Notes: generated by a model from the letters alone, not told the origin. Counted from the stretch's first letter, positions 22,521-34,395 are shown. The stretch: DNA of 64,000 bases from Nematocida ausubeli (GCF_000738915.1 NW_026515635.1:186001-250000), one strand, 5' to 3'. Made by a program: numbers and translations.

Positions 22521-25355
22521 TTATGAAGTCTGTACAATATTCGATGACTTTGTGATTTCCTCCAGAAGTACAGTGCAGACTTCATTGACTAGTGCATCGT
22601 TCTTTGACGCTGCCCAGTCCTGTATCTTTTTTGATACATCAGTTATGGCGGTTATTTTAATTAGCACTTTAGCCACATTAACCAGCATATGGTGGGGGTG
22701 CTGTATTGCTGGGTCCTGAGGGACTATTATGTCCTTATTTTCCTGCTCGTTGGGTGACTGCATTTCTATTAAGTATGACTTGATCACCTCGCAGAGTATT
22801 TTCATAGGGCTTTCTCTTTCAGATGCTTCTTCAAAGAGTTTCTGTGCAGTGGCTTTTATATCTGACTCCTCCAGAAGTAAAGTGGATAGTACCCAGTAGT
22901 TGTCCTTGACTTTTACCATTCCACTTCGTAGTAGGTGCCGCAGAAGCACGAGTGCAGTCATTTTAACTTCTTCTGAGTCAGACCGCAAGGGCAAGAAAAG
23001 ACTGTTTCCTACGTCTTTCACAAGACTGCTGAATGCCATGATGGAGTCTGTGATAATTACCAAGGCAATCACCTGCAAGTCTTTTGATCCAGTTTTTAGA
23101 ATATTTACTACGCCATTCATAAATCTGGAGCTGCACTCGCTGCTTATACTCATTATTTTTCCAAGAGAAAGCAAAGAGACTTTTTTTGTCTCTTCATCTT
23201 CACTTGTCACTCCGTCTACAACTGTGTCCAAAAGACCCTTTAAAGCAGATGTTTCCCCAAATATAATTTCATGCTCCTTAGCAAAGAATATTCTATCAGC
23301 CATTTCCTCTTGTTCTTCCGTTGTATTTTTCATGCTATTTCTTTTCGATCCTACGCTTAGTCTTCTTTCTCTGATCTCTGAGTTTGAAATGCTCTCTTTC
23401 CTTTTCTTATTTGAGCTTGAGGTCTGCCGTGTTTTTGCCTGGCTGTTCCATGCTGCCTCAATGCGCTCTAGGTGCACAGCCTGTTTGATCGCAATGTGGC
23501 CCACAGCAAAAATAAGAGGCTTTCTCTTTCCATCTGCCAGAAGAATATCAAGCATCTCTGTCGCCAGTTCATCTGGGTTTGTGCTGATCAGGTATGCAGT
23601 GTCTATAACTGCCTGGACGATTTCCAAATTCCCTTCATCTGCAGTGGCCAGGCATGCAATGACAGCCCGTATTGTCTCTGAGGTATTTCCTAGTCGGTAG
23701 TCTAAGTTCCCAAGGATTCTAATGCATTCGCACATTATACGCATATCTGTGCTTTTTTTGAGAATTCCCTGTATCCTGGGAAGGGCATTTTCTGTGATAG
23801 ATCTGTCTGTAGTGGTTATTCTTCTGAGTAGGCGCAGATGCAGCAGCATATCTTTCTCGTTGTCTATCTTGTAGAAAAGCGTGTTTATTGCTTCAAGGCC
23901 GACTATTCCTCTGAGAGTAAGGTCTCGAATAATTCCATCATACGCTAGGCTGTTAGAGTCAAAATGAATGAGAAGCTCAATCAGCTTCTTTGGGCTCTCA
24001 TTTGCCATTCGCTTAATCTCCTCTGAGAGAACATCTGCAATGTTCTTTCCATCAAGAGTGAGCCGTTGCCATGAAAAAAGGAACAGACCTGGGAATACTT
24101 CAAGCGCATTGTCTATGCCGTATGAGTAGCACAGAGAGACGTATTGCACGATTTCTGTTATTTCTCCTTTACTGCCTGCCTTTAGCAGCTGCTTTATCAC
24201 TTCTACACTTGTGTGCATTGCCTGGTAGAAGGCAACAGCACTTGCAAAGTACTCTGGATTTGAGTCTCTGTGCTTCTCCAGCTGCTGTCTATTCAAGATG
24301 CCCCCATCAAGCACATATGGGTGATTCTCCAGTGCACGCTTGAAAAAGACTATTGCCTTTCTTCTTACTATTTGTGTTTTATCCATAATTCGCTCATGAA
24401 TGGCTGTGTATACGCCTTCCTTCAGATGTTCCAGTAGCCCATTATTGCAGAGTATTTCTGTAAGAGACTGCACTGCTCTTCCTCTGCAGAATGGACTAAC
24501 ATCCATTGTTCTTTCTATTACAGTAGTAATTATAGTGGAAAGTTCTTTTTCTCCTTTTCGTTCTTTTTCAATCTGTGCCTTCAGTCCTTTGCATATGAGA
24601 ACTGCAGCCTCAGTGGCTGAGTTTCTGATGCACTGAATTTCGGATGAAATTCCCTGTAGAAGGGGTGCAATAACATCTGCAATTCCTTGCTGCCTCACAG
24701 ACTCGCATACCTTGAGTATCAAGCTGCTGTAATTCTTCTGCATAACTGTATTTTTGCTTTCCTCACTTTCTGCCAGCATGCACTCCAGAATATCCGAAAG
24801 AATATTCTCATCCTCTGCATCTTTTTTACTTTCTTGGTCTGCATGCATTGCTTCCTCTGAAGACTCTAGTGTTCTTCTGAGTGCGCTGATGTACAGAATG
24901 ATCTCTGTCAGCATGCTTGTTGTGTGCTCGTGAAGCAACATATCCAGTGCATTGCTTGTAATCGAGCACTTGCTAAACTCAACCTCTTCGAATAGCTTGA
25001 ATGCAGCACTTTTCACCTCAATGTGCACCTTTCTCACCTCAAGGCACTTGAAGAGAATCTTGCACAGAAGATCAAAGTTTGTGCTTGTCTCTTTACAAAG
25101 CTCCCTGCTTTTTTGTATTATGCTGAGAACAAGGCTTGGGCTGTCCTCCACGGCATCAGTCTTGAAATATGCCGGAATTATGCTCAAAAACACCGTTGCG
25201 CTGTCTATGTTGTTGAATAGACTAGAAATAATTTCTTTTTTTAGTGGGTGTCCATGGATGCTAGAAAGTAGCTGTGTGTACTTATCAGGGTCCTGGCTAA
25301 TTGGCACTCCCTTGAGATGGCAAATGAGCAGTTCCAGCTCTCTTCCTTCTGTCAT
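22521..25355 (-). CDS. YCS4: Condensin complex subunit 1 (Cnd1/Ycs4/CAP-D2)
   Basis: HEAT-repeat protein with RTMDVSPFCRGRAVQ, RIMDKTQIVRRKAI, IFAVGHIAIKQ, LLSLGKIMSISS and LLRSGMVKVK. Confidence 0.85.
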   Translation of the reverse strand: MTEGRELELLICHLKGVPISQDPDKYTQLLSSIHGHPLKKEIISSLFNNIDSATVFLSIIPAYFKTDAVEDSPSLVLSIIQKSRELCKETSTNFDLLCKILFKCLEVRKVHIEVKSAAFKLFEEVEFSKCSITSNALDMLLHEHTTSMLTEIILYISALRRTLESSEEAMHADQESKKDAEDENILSDILECMLAESEESKNTVMQKNYSSLILKVCESVRQQGIADVIAPLLQGISSEIQCIRNSATEAAVLICKGLKAQIEKERKGEKELSTIITTVIERTMDVSPFCRGRAVQSLTEILCNNGLLEHLKEGVYTAIHERIMDKTQIVRRKAIVFFKRALENHPYVLDGGILNRQQLEKHRDSNPEYFASAVAFYQAMHTSVEVIKQLLKAGSKGEITEIVQYVSLCYSYGIDNALEVFPGLFLFSWQRLTLDGKNIADVLSEEIKRMANESPKKLIELLIHFDSNSLAYDGIIRDLTLRGIVGLEAINTLFYKIDNEKDMLLHLRLLRRITTTDRSITENALPRIQGILKKSTDMRIMCECIRILGNLDYRLGNTSETIRAVIACLATADEGNLEIVQAVIDTAYLISTNPDELATEMLDILLADGKRKPLIFAVGHIAIKQAVHLERIEAAWNSQAKTRQTSSSNKKRKESISNSEIRERRLSVGSKRNSMKNTTEEQEEMADRIFFAKEHEIIFGETSALKGLLDTVVDGVTSEDEETKKVSLLSLGKIMSISSECSSRFMNGVVNILKTGSKDLQVIALVIITDSIMAFSSLVKDVGNSLFLPLRSDSEEVKMTALVLLRHLLRSGMVKVKDNYWVLSTLLLEESDIKATAQKLFEEASERESPMKILCEVIKSYLIEMQSPNEQENKDIIVPQDPAIQHPHHMLVNVAKVLIKITAITDVSKKIQDWAASKNDALVNEVCTVLLEEITKSSNIVQTS

Positions 25356-26445
25356 TTAAAATAAAAATGGCAAAACAAAATTGATTTAATCCAAAACACC
25401 CTTCAAGTACTGATATCTCGTGAGTAACTGAATATGGCAGCACAAAAATACTCTTCTGCACTTACCAAAGTGGAAACATATTATTCTTCCAGAAATATCT
25501 TGTACTTTAGAATTTCTTCTTTTGCAAATATTCTTTAAATTTAAATACACTGTATAGTGCATATCTCTATATATCTATATCTCTATATGCGACCTTTACA
25601 CAAATATGTCAATCTGGCTGTATACTGCACATACTATGCAAAGAGACAGTGAAATTTGAATATTTCAATTTTTCATATTATATAGTCATAAAGGGCATAT
25701 TACATGGTAAATAAGTGTTATCCACCTAGTTATTACTCTACTCAGAGTTTCCTGTAAATTCAGCACCTCTTAATATTCACCCGAAAATAAGCATGTTTCT
25801 CTTATACTTTTCTATTTATATTTCACTACAAAAACTACTACAGTCTTTAATGGTTCCAGTACAGAAAGAACTCTGAAAAAATGCAGGATAAAGTGAATTT
25901 AAAGGAGCATATTAAGAGACTAGATATTTATTAAATAGGAAGACAGTAATATCGCAGAAGAATTCTTCTCCTTAAATACTAGACTTCGTCACACTAAACT
26001 AGATATAATTTATTTCTTGTTGTATATAGTCTCTAGTGGCAGCTTCTAATTAGTTTTATGCTAATTAATGCGTATGCAGTGGCAGCTAATAATTTTATTA
26101 GTGACATGCAATATTAACAAACTTAGACCACTCAACACAAAACGCATAAACAAGTAGAGACCTTATAGTGTGGTAGATTACAGCCAAAATACTCAAAAGA
26201 CAATGACTAAAATTAATCTATATTTCTTGCGAGAAAAGAGGATTTTATCTTCTCAAAGCAAGAGAACCAAACGATACTACTATTTTGTGTTCTGCAGGAT
26301 AGTAATTCATCTGTTATAAATGATATTTCACTAAGTTTCTTGTGGATACACAAATAATAGAAATCAATCTATCTACAATATCAAAGCACATTATTCAATA
26401 CAATCTTGATTTACTGCGTATAAATAATAATTTTTATGGTTTTTT

Positions 26446-26805
26446 ATGGCAAAAAATAAGTACTCGGGAGATAAGAGTAATGCACCAGCAAGAAATAATT
26501 CGCAGGCAGTAAGCAACCAGAGAACTTGGCGCGAAGGAAATAAAATAGTCAGTGAACAGGCAGTAGGAAGATATGAACACAATGGAAGAAACAATTGGTC
26601 AAAATATGAAAGTATGTCAAGGAATGAGGTACAGATAGACAGAACAGGAGGAAGACCAGGAGGTCAAAATAATTACGTTGTGACAAAAACAAGATATAAT
26701 GTGGAAGTCCAGACAGAAAGAAGAGAGTACAGTCCTAGGGAGATGAATAACAAAGGAGGGTATTTGGAAAACAAACCGTCTGGAAGAAATAGTAATAACT
26801 ATTAA
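26446..26805 (+). CDS. Small hypothetical low-complexity (N/R/G-rich) protein
   Basis: 119-aa ORF preceded by the T-tract-ATG context seen at real genes here, with purine-rich coding-like composition. Confidence 0.45.
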   Translation: MAKNKYSGDKSNAPARNNSQAVSNQRTWREGNKIVSEQAVGRYEHNGRNNWSKYESMSRNEVQIDRTGGRPGGQNNYVVTKTRYNVEVQTERREYSPREMNNKGGYLENKPSGRNSNNY

Positions 26806-27659
26806 TATCGAAGCAAGATACAAGCATAACAAAGTAAAAGGAATAAGAATAAAGTATTTATTGTAGTACTAAAGAAGATGGAAACTAAAAGTACATAAGT
26901 ATGGTAGAAATATCTTCACTCAGAATAGCATAAAAGTCCCTATTAATAACTAAGAAGACAATGGAGGGAGAATGATATAACAAGAAAATTATACTATACA
27001 GCAAAGTTACGAATAAATGCAATAATTCTTAATATTTATCAAATGATACAGACATTTTATATGAAGTGACATGGTGCCAGAAGAACTTTTATAAATATTA
27101 GTAAAAATCAAATAAGAAGAAGAGACATATTTAAGAAATAATTTACAAACGTATAGAAAGATGCTTTATTATGCTATTTAATAGTATCTTCTATAAGGCA
27201 ACTTATAATTATGGATATAAGAAGCACACCATCTTATGCTTTAAACTATAAATCTTCATTGACTCCGTGCATTTTCAGCAAGAATCTATCTTCTTGTAAG
27301 ACCATATGCACTCACTCTCTTTATTTGCATGCGAATGACGGCTACTACAGAAGAAATGTCTTGCATATCTGGAATTTAGGATATATCCTAGTACCCTTCC
27401 AGGTAAACACATGCAAGGCACACAAGCCAGATGCAGACTATATTCTGCCCATCCAAAATACCCCTAGAATATCCCACAGTCCTGCCATTAAAGAATGCTA
27501 GCTAGAGCAAGTCTAAAAACACCTGTGCATAGCAGACCTATAAACCATTCTATATTCGCAGGAAGACAGAGATATATTCCTTTTGCTGCTGTTTTATTTC
27601 AAATTGCATAGTAGTTCATAATGAATTTTCAATTTGAAATAAACAGAAGCAAACCATAA

Positions 27660-28139
27660 TTAGACATGCTCTTCATTTGGGCTGACTGCTGGCTTGTACC
27701 CAACCATATGCCCAACACACAGAATTATGGACAGCATAATCGTGAAGAACAAAGACACAAGTGATCTGGGCATGAAAATAAAGAATATTATTGGAAGACC
27801 CAGGGCCACACAGTACACATGCATCTTTGAATATGAATTACCAAGGATATCCATGGTGTCACTGCTGTCCTTAGTCGTCATATACAGCAGGCCAAAGCAT
27901 ATTCCTATGGGAATAATCAGAATGGGATGGAAGACCAAAAAAAAGCACAGCAAAAGGCAGACAACAAGTAAGTAGTTGCCAGCCATGGCACTGTAATTTA
28001 TGATGATCCTGGACTTTCCATCCTCCAAATTAGCAGGAACACCAGCTGCCCCTACATTCAAAAATTCCTTCAGTGCTACTCTCTTCTCCACCTTCTCTCT
28101 CACATAGTATCCTACTTCATTGCACAGCCTACTCTCCAT
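27660..28139 (-). CDS. PRA1/Yip3 family prenylated Rab acceptor
   Basis: LKEFLN...SRIIINYSAMAGNYLLVV followed by four hydrophobic segments and a conserved His (CVGH). First ATG at 28139. Confidence 0.75.
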   Translation of the reverse strand: MESRLCNEVGYYVREKVEKRVALKEFLNVGAAGVPANLEDGKSRIIINYSAMAGNYLLVVCLLLCFFLVFHPILIIPIGICFGLLYMTTKDSSDTMDILGNSYSKMHVYCVALGLPIIFFIFMPRSLVSLFFTIMLSIILCVGHMVGYKPAVSPNEEHV

Positions 28140-28199
28140 GGAAAACAAAACAATTTGAGATTTTCGAATTTTAATTTCTTGCTGAGACACCGTTCGAAT

Positions 28200-28745
28200 T
28201 TATTTATTTAGAAAGTGCCGGGTCCTCTGCTGCATGATCTCTGGCAAGTGCCTTTGCACCAGATTTTCCCAGAACACTCTATCCAAAGCATCCTCCCCCT
28301 CTTCTGGCACCGGCTTAAAAAAGATGTTTTTAAGAAGCTCGTACTCTTCCAAAAAATCCTGTGCGATCTTATCTAAAATCGTATCAGACGGCGTATACGA
28401 AGATGCTTGCTGCCTCTGGTCGCACACCAGGTAGTGCACAATCCTGTATTTGCTTTGTCTGTTGTAGTATACAAACCGAAATATCTTCGGGGTTGTCTGT
28501 GTTTTATCTATAACCACATCAAACTGAGACTCATGAAATATGTCAGAGGAGGACGCATATGTCTTCCCATCTACAATTGAGCCATCCAAGCCTTCAAGAA
28601 TAAACAGCTCCCCAGAGGTAGGCGAGAGCTTCTGGACTGTATCAAAGTTAATGATGGGCAGACTTCCATCTACTTTTTGAAATAAGTCAAGAATAGACGC
28701 AGTGCTTAAAGGAGACTTGCTCCTGGCAAGACGAGAAACACGCAT
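28200..28745 (-). CDS. Hypothetical protein (181 aa)
   Basis: ATG ORF filling the gap between PRA1 and tRNA-Cys, with a T-rich start context. Confidence 0.65.
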   Translation of the reverse strand: MRVSRLARSKSPLSTASILDLFQKVDGSLPIINFDTVQKLSPTSGELFILEGLDGSIVDGKTYASSSDIFHESQFDVVIDKTQTTPKIFRFVYYNRQSKYRIVHYLVCDQRQQASSYTPSDTILDKIAQDFLEEYELLKNIFFKPVPEEGEDALDRVFWENLVQRHLPEIMQQRTRHFLNK

Positions 28746-28814
28746 GAAAAAATAATTTAGATTTCTTTAAATGAACCTACTAGTGATGGTGCAGTGGTAG
28801 GGGTAGAAAATGGA

Positions 28815-28886
28815 GGGCTTGTAGCTCAGTGGTAGAGCATTCGACTGCAGATCGGAATGTCCCGGGTTCAAATCTCGGCGAGCCCT
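28815..28886 (+). tRNA. tRNA-Cys (GCA)
   Basis: GGGCTTG-TAGCTCAGTGGTAGAGCA-TTCGACTGCAGATCGGA-ATGTCCCGGGTTCAAATCTCGG-CGAGCCC-T forms a cloverleaf, followed by a poly-T tract. Confidence 0.95.
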
Positions 28887-28893
28887 TTTTTTT

Positions 28894-30798
28894 ATGCACG
28901 CAACATGGGCACAGACAGCACAGTGCTTTGAAGCACTCTCCAGAATATCCGCCAGAAAGGAAATCATAAAGCAGCTGGCAGAGTACTACGCAACACTGGA
29001 CCAGGAGGAACTAATATACGCAGTGTACCTCTCAATTGCCAGAGTCTCATCCGAGTCAAATGGCGTGGAAATGAATATTGGCGAAAATATTCTTTTGAAG
29101 GCGCTCAGCACATTTAGCTCATCCTCAGTTGACGCACTCCGGAAGAAAATGAAGGAGTCCGGGGATATATCCACAATTGTAACAGTCTCCTCACGGCCAA
29201 GGCTTTTCTTTGCCAAGAAGAAGACACTTTCCCTTGCAGGGGTATTTGTCGCCTTGAAGGAAATATCTGAGCTCACAGGAAAAGAGTCCACTCTAAGAAA
29301 GACGCAGCGAATAGCAGAGATCCTTACACAGTGCACAGCAAATGAAGAAGTCAAGTATATTATACGAATAATCGATGGAAAGATGAAAATAGGCCTGTCC
29401 ACGCAGACAGTGCTCTGCAGCCTGGCACTTGCCTTCAGAAAGAAGTTTCCAGACGGAGCTATCCCCAAAGAGAACTGTGCAGAGAAAGAAAAAGAAGGAA
29501 GTTCTGCAGAGACTGCTGCACGGACAGTAATTATTGGCGCAGTCGACAAAGAAGGACAGATTGAATGGTCAGAGGAAGAGAACAAAGTGATGGATGATAT
29601 AAAGGAGGCATACTCGCAGCTTCCGTCCTTTGACAAAATCATTCGGTATGTGTTTTCGCACGGCCTATCCGCAGTAAGCACGACTTCTTTGATCAGGCCT
29701 GGGTACCCTCTACGCCCTATGCTGGCCATTCCTGAGAAGGACCCAGAGACTGTTGCAGCGCGCTTTAAGGGAGAGTACTTAGTTGAGCATAAATATGACG
29801 GTGAGAGAGTGCAGGCGCACTTCTTTGATGGAAAGGTGGAGCTGTTTAGCAGAGGCCTGGAAAACACAACAGAGCGGTTTAACCAGCTGACAGAGCCACT
29901 TATGAAGGCAAATAAAACAGGAGTGCCCTTTATACTTGATGCAGAGGTTGTGGCATACTGCCGGAAGACAAAAAAAATACTCTCCTTCCAGACACTCTCG
30001 AACAGAAAGAGAAAAATAACAGAATCAAATGCAGACAGAGAAGAAAGTGACATTGCACTGTTTATATTTGATCTGCTGTTTCTGGAGAACTCACTGAACA
30101 AGCTGCCCATTCAAGAGAGAAAGAGAATCCTGAAGGAGTCCTTTTCTGAAGCTCCTGGAGAAATATTCATTGCAGAGAGCTATAAATTCACAGAGCACAA
30201 CACAGAGAGACTTAATGCAATCTTTGCAGATGCATTGGCAGGCGGCTGCGAGGGAATTATGGTCAAAAGTGCAGATGCAGAGTCAACATATGAGCCCTCA
30301 AAGAGAAGTCAGAAGTGGATAAAGCTGAAGTCAGACTATATCACAGGCTTGTTTGAAACACTTGATCTGCTGGTCATCGGTGGGTACACAGGAAAAGGGA
30401 AGAGAACAGGAGTTTATGGCGGATTCCTGCTGGGCTGCATGAACGAGGATGGAACAGTGCAAACAATCACAAAGATTGGAACTGGATTTAGTGAGGCTGT
30501 GCTTGAAGAGCTAAGCAAAGAGATGCAGGAGCATACTATAAGTATTCCGCAGACCGAGATAACCCCAGGAAGTGCGCCTGACGTGTGGTTTAAGCCTGTG
30601 GCCGTATGGGAGGTGGCAGCTGCAGGATTCTCTGTCTCTCCGCAATACACAGCAGGCATGGGGGCCATTGACCTTCCCGACGGAAAGGGCATTTCCCTGC
30701 GGTTCCCCAGATTCATTAGAGCAAGAAAAGACAAAACGCCAGAGACATCCACATCCAGCGAGCAGATTATGGACATGTTTAGAGCATCTCAGCAGTAA
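28894..30798 (+). CDS. CDC9: DNA ligase I
   Basis: PMLA, EHKYDGERVQAH, ILDAEVV, FIFDLLF, CEGIMVK, WIKLKSDY, SLRFPRFIRARKDK. Confidence 0.96.
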   Translation: MHATWAQTAQCFEALSRISARKEIIKQLAEYYATLDQEELIYAVYLSIARVSSESNGVEMNIGENILLKALSTFSSSSVDALRKKMKESGDISTIVTVSSRPRLFFAKKKTLSLAGVFVALKEISELTGKESTLRKTQRIAEILTQCTANEEVKYIIRIIDGKMKIGLSTQTVLCSLALAFRKKFPDGAIPKENCAEKEKEGSSAETAARTVIIGAVDKEGQIEWSEEENKVMDDIKEAYSQLPSFDKIIRYVFSHGLSAVSTTSLIRPGYPLRPMLAIPEKDPETVAARFKGEYLVEHKYDGERVQAHFFDGKVELFSRGLENTTERFNQLTEPLMKANKTGVPFILDAEVVAYCRKTKKILSFQTLSNRKRKITESNADREESDIALFIFDLLFLENSLNKLPIQERKRILKESFSEAPGEIFIAESYKFTEHNTERLNAIFADALAGGCEGIMVKSADAESTYEPSKRSQKWIKLKSDYITGLFETLDLLVIGGYTGKGKRTGVYGGFLLGCMNEDGTVQTITKIGTGFSEAVLEELSKEMQEHTISIPQTEITPGSAPDVWFKPVAVWEVAAAGFSVSPQYTAGMGAIDLPDGKGISLRFPRFIRARKDKTPETSTSSEQIMDMFRASQQ

Positions 30799-31611
30799 AA
30801 CTGCCATTTGCACTGCCAGAATAAGCTATCATATTGCAGTACACCTGCTTGGTTAAAAATCACAGCTACTGAATACAGGCTACGCTAAAAGCCACTCCTG
30901 TGCCTTTTAATAAATAAAAAGCCTTAAATCCAGCCACTCATATAAATGCAATCAGTTTAGATATATTCCATCGCATCTAAATATAATATAGCCTCATATT
31001 ACGCTATTTTAAATATTCTGCGACTAAATAGCTGTGCAGCAGGTGCCTCTTTACTTCTCAAATATATTCAGTAGGTATTTACAGAAAGAGTAGTTTTATT
31101 TTTCTACTGTTCTACACTGCATTTTTAGTAAGTAGAGTTTGGAAATATAGTTATATGCAAGAAATTACTAACTAGAGTCTGCAAACAGCTGCAAAGTTAT
31201 GCAAACATAATGAATTTAATTGGAAGAACTTAATATACACGTGTGCATTCGCGGGTTTATAATGCTTGTTTTACTTCAGCAAGTCCTTTACTTTCTGCGC
31301 TTTTTGAATTTCCTCAGCACTCTTTTAAGTATCCTGGCATCCTATACCTTCGGATAAGACATATATCTAATGGCTTGTGGATAATAACTCGAATGCTGTA
31401 AATCTGAACTGAATGCAAGAGTAGACATAGGTTGCAGGAATAGATAAAGAACCAGCACCTGCGCACCATATTCAATGGAGTGCCTAGATAGGCATGCACT
31501 GCTATGTGTGTGCATCTATTCCAATGGATTTTCTGTCTAGGCATCTTTGCTAAAGTTTCCTTGTTTTTGTATTTTCATATTTCCATATAATTGCATTTTG
31601 TTTTGCAAAAT

Positions 31612-33714
31612 ATGCATCGAAGTATGGCTTCGCTTGGAGCAAGCACTCCTTCAAATACGGATGAAATAATACCGCAGATAAAGGCACAGGAATATACATA
31701 CACTCGGTCTACCTTTACTTCTGCGCCCACAAAGAAGGCAGATTTAAAAAAGACAAAGATTCCTTTTATTATATCTACCACGATTCTTCCAATAAATGAA
31801 CAGCCTGTAAAGAGAGTTGAGTCAATCCCTCGTTGCAAGGACTGCAAGGCATACTTAAACACATACAGCGAGGTTATACCCCCTGGGTACAAGTGGAGGT
31901 GCTCCATATGCAGAGTTATAAACGACTCGCCAACACCCTTGCACTCGTATGGAGGATCTCTTCGCGTGTTCAGTCCTTCCGAGAATACAGAGAACAATAA
32001 AAGAGTTAGCACAAACCCAATTCTCACAGAAAGCATTTTGGAGTTTGTTTCTCCATCGGATAGAAACACACCGCCGCCGGCATCTTTGGTGTTTGTGGTG
32101 GAGTGCACGCCTGAGAGCATTGAGAAAGGCACATTTAGCACAGTTCTGCGGCAAGTAAACGAAGCTCTTGAGTACCTAAATGATCCGCATGAAAGAGCGA
32201 CCATGTCCATTGTGCTTGTCTCCTCTGTGGTGGAGCTAGTCAGGCTGAACGAAGACACTCTAGTTGTAGATACAATCAGCGAGATAGATGGATCATTGCC
32301 CATGCTGATGGATACGGAGTATGTATCGAAGATAAAGGATCTGAAGAGTGCACTGCCAGAAAAGATAGCACAGATAGAGGCGTACGCTCTGCAGACTGTC
32401 AGACAGCCAGGAAACAACTTTGGTCTCTCGCTAAAGCTAGTAAAGGCACTATTCCACAGAGGGGCTGAAGTGTTTGCCTTTATGGTAACGCAGCCTTCTT
32501 TGAATCCTGGCGCAATTACAAAGCCAGCGCCTGGTCTGCGGCCATGCATTTCCTTCTATGAGAACACCGCGCAGTCTTTGCTTGAATCGAACATTGCAGT
32601 TAATCTATACATACTTACGGCAAAAACAGTTGAAGTTCCTTCTCTTCTTCCGCTGGTAGAAAAGACAGGAGGGTACATCAGATACTACCCTGCATACATG
32701 GGGCACTACTCGCAGGACATTGAAGCATTGCGATGGGACTTGGTGCAACACATGTCCTTGGACAATGGGAACAATGTCTACTGCAGAGTGCGCGCATCTA
32801 ACGAGGTAAGTATCAGGCGGTATTGGGGCATGGATGTGCAAAATGATGGGCTTATACGGCTTGCGCGTCTAAGTCGTGGCAAGACCGTGTCCTTTGAAAT
32901 AGACTATGATGACGATTTGGTGCTAGAGGGACTGACTGTACAGATAGCTACTATTTATACAAATTCAATTGGAGAAAGAGTTGTGCGGGTTCTGAACTTC
33001 ATAATTGGGCTGGGGCCAACCGCCATAGATATTCTGGGAGTAGTGCATGGAATAGCACTAAAGTCCCTGGATGCTGAGATTTCTCAGAAAGGCACGGGTG
33101 TGAAGACTGCCCTAAGAATGGCATGTGAGGCAACAGAGTGCACAGGACTGCAGGGAAACATGTCTGTCTTCCCCACACTGATACATGGACTCATCAAGAG
33201 CAAGGTATTCAGAAGTGCATCTTCGGACTTGCGAGGCATAATATACTGGGCTCTGCTTGAACAGCCAATGAAAACAGTGGATGCCATGATATATCCAACA
33301 CTGGTGCGCCTGGACACAGACGTAGATGCATCAGAGACAGATGAAATAGTGCTTCCATCCCCCATGCGTTTATCTGGTAACGTGGTTGGGGCTGATGGAG
33401 TGTACTATCTTGACTGCGGTATTCTTGCATATGTGTTTATAGGAGGCTCATCTAAGTCGGATCTGTTTGAAGGGGTGCAGGGGCGATCAACCATTAGTTC
33501 GCAGGACAAGAAGTGTGAAAAGATTCGAACTATAATGGACTACATGATTGATGGAAGGGTGTCAGATCCAGTCACATACATTGTCCACCAGGAAGGCCAC
33601 TCTTTCCTGCTGGAAGGCCTTCAGGCTATGCTTCTTGATGACGGGCCGTCACCTGTCTCAGCGGCATTCCCCGAGTACTATAATAGGTTTGTATCAAAGG
33701 GATACATAAAGTAG
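31612..33714 (+). CDS. SEC24: COPII coat subunit Sec24
   Basis: Zinc finger RCKDCKAYLN..WRCSICRVIN, trunk (vWA) domain, VQIATIYTNSIGERVVRVLN and IYPTL gelsolin-like end. Start at ATG 31612 or 31624. Confidence 0.88.
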   Translation: MHRSMASLGASTPSNTDEIIPQIKAQEYTYTRSTFTSAPTKKADLKKTKIPFIISTTILPINEQPVKRVESIPRCKDCKAYLNTYSEVIPPGYKWRCSICRVINDSPTPLHSYGGSLRVFSPSENTENNKRVSTNPILTESILEFVSPSDRNTPPPASLVFVVECTPESIEKGTFSTVLRQVNEALEYLNDPHERATMSIVLVSSVVELVRLNEDTLVVDTISEIDGSLPMLMDTEYVSKIKDLKSALPEKIAQIEAYALQTVRQPGNNFGLSLKLVKALFHRGAEVFAFMVTQPSLNPGAITKPAPGLRPCISFYENTAQSLLESNIAVNLYILTAKTVEVPSLLPLVEKTGGYIRYYPAYMGHYSQDIEALRWDLVQHMSLDNGNNVYCRVRASNEVSIRRYWGMDVQNDGLIRLARLSRGKTVSFEIDYDDDLVLEGLTVQIATIYTNSIGERVVRVLNFIIGLGPTAIDILGVVHGIALKSLDAEISQKGTGVKTALRMACEATECTGLQGNMSVFPTLIHGLIKSKVFRSASSDLRGIIYWALLEQPMKTVDAMIYPTLVRLDTDVDASETDEIVLPSPMRLSGNVVGADGVYYLDCGILAYVFIGGSSKSDLFEGVQGRSTISSQDKKCEKIRTIMDYMIDGRVSDPVTYIVHQEGHSFLLEGLQAMLLDDGPSPVSAAFPEYYNRFVSKGYIK

Positions 33715-34146
33715 CCAAAAATAATAAATTGCAGAAAGTTTAGCTATCTTCTTGCTGTCTATTGCAGAATCTAACTATCAAGACTCTTTTATCTTAAATT
33801 ATACACATGCATTATCTTCAAGAATGAAACTTAGACATGCTGTAGGTAGAGCTTTCTATATAACTATCTATACTTTGTCTTATGCACAGACTCTACATAT
33901 ATATGCATCTCTGGGTGATAATGGGCTAGATTGATAAAAAATCTTAGGCTTAAAGTGTTCTTTATATAAATGTTATTGATTGTTACTGTATTTTGGAGGC
34001 TCCTCAAGAGCTATATCCTGAATCCTCTGCTTTTGCTTCGATTGAATCATCAAAATGACTCCTGTACTTTCATTAAGAAAAGATTTCCTCCCAATATATG
34101 AAGTGCGCACAGCAGTAACTATTTGCCATGCTGCTGCAATATTTAT

Positions 34147-34395
34147 TCAGTTTCCTGCACCAATAAAGCAGTCAAACTCCTTTTCTAAAACAAACTTAAT
34201 TTCCTCTCCTGTTACTACTTGGTTTCCCTTGTGCTTGGCTAAGAGAGCTGACCGCGTTAGAATATCATTTATATACTTCTCTGTAAATTGAGAGAGAATT
34301 GTAATGGTTTCCTTGTCTATTCTCTCCTCTTTATCTATCAATGCTAGATGCGCCATTAGCTTAGTTGCTGGTATAAGCTGTGCTCTTTCATCCAT
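34147..34395 (-). CDS. TAF12: TFIID subunit TAF12 (histone fold)
   Basis: KL..L..ID.EE.ID...SALLAKHK..V...EIKFVLEK histone-fold pattern. Confidence 0.8.
   Translation of the reverse strand: MDERAQLIPATKLMAHLALIDKEERIDKETITILSQFTEKYINDILTRSALLAKHKGNQVVTGEEIKFVLEKEFDCFIGAGN

Noticed and set aside
25356..27659. Hidden genes or RNAs in the AT-rich gap after Cnd1
   Set aside because: Apart from the 119-aa ORF, no convincing ORF, repeat or structure was seen.
28986..30110. Long antisense ORFs (374 aa here; also 31575-32549, 22900-23700, 37097-37924)
   Set aside because: They are shadow frames of well-supported genes on the opposite strand.
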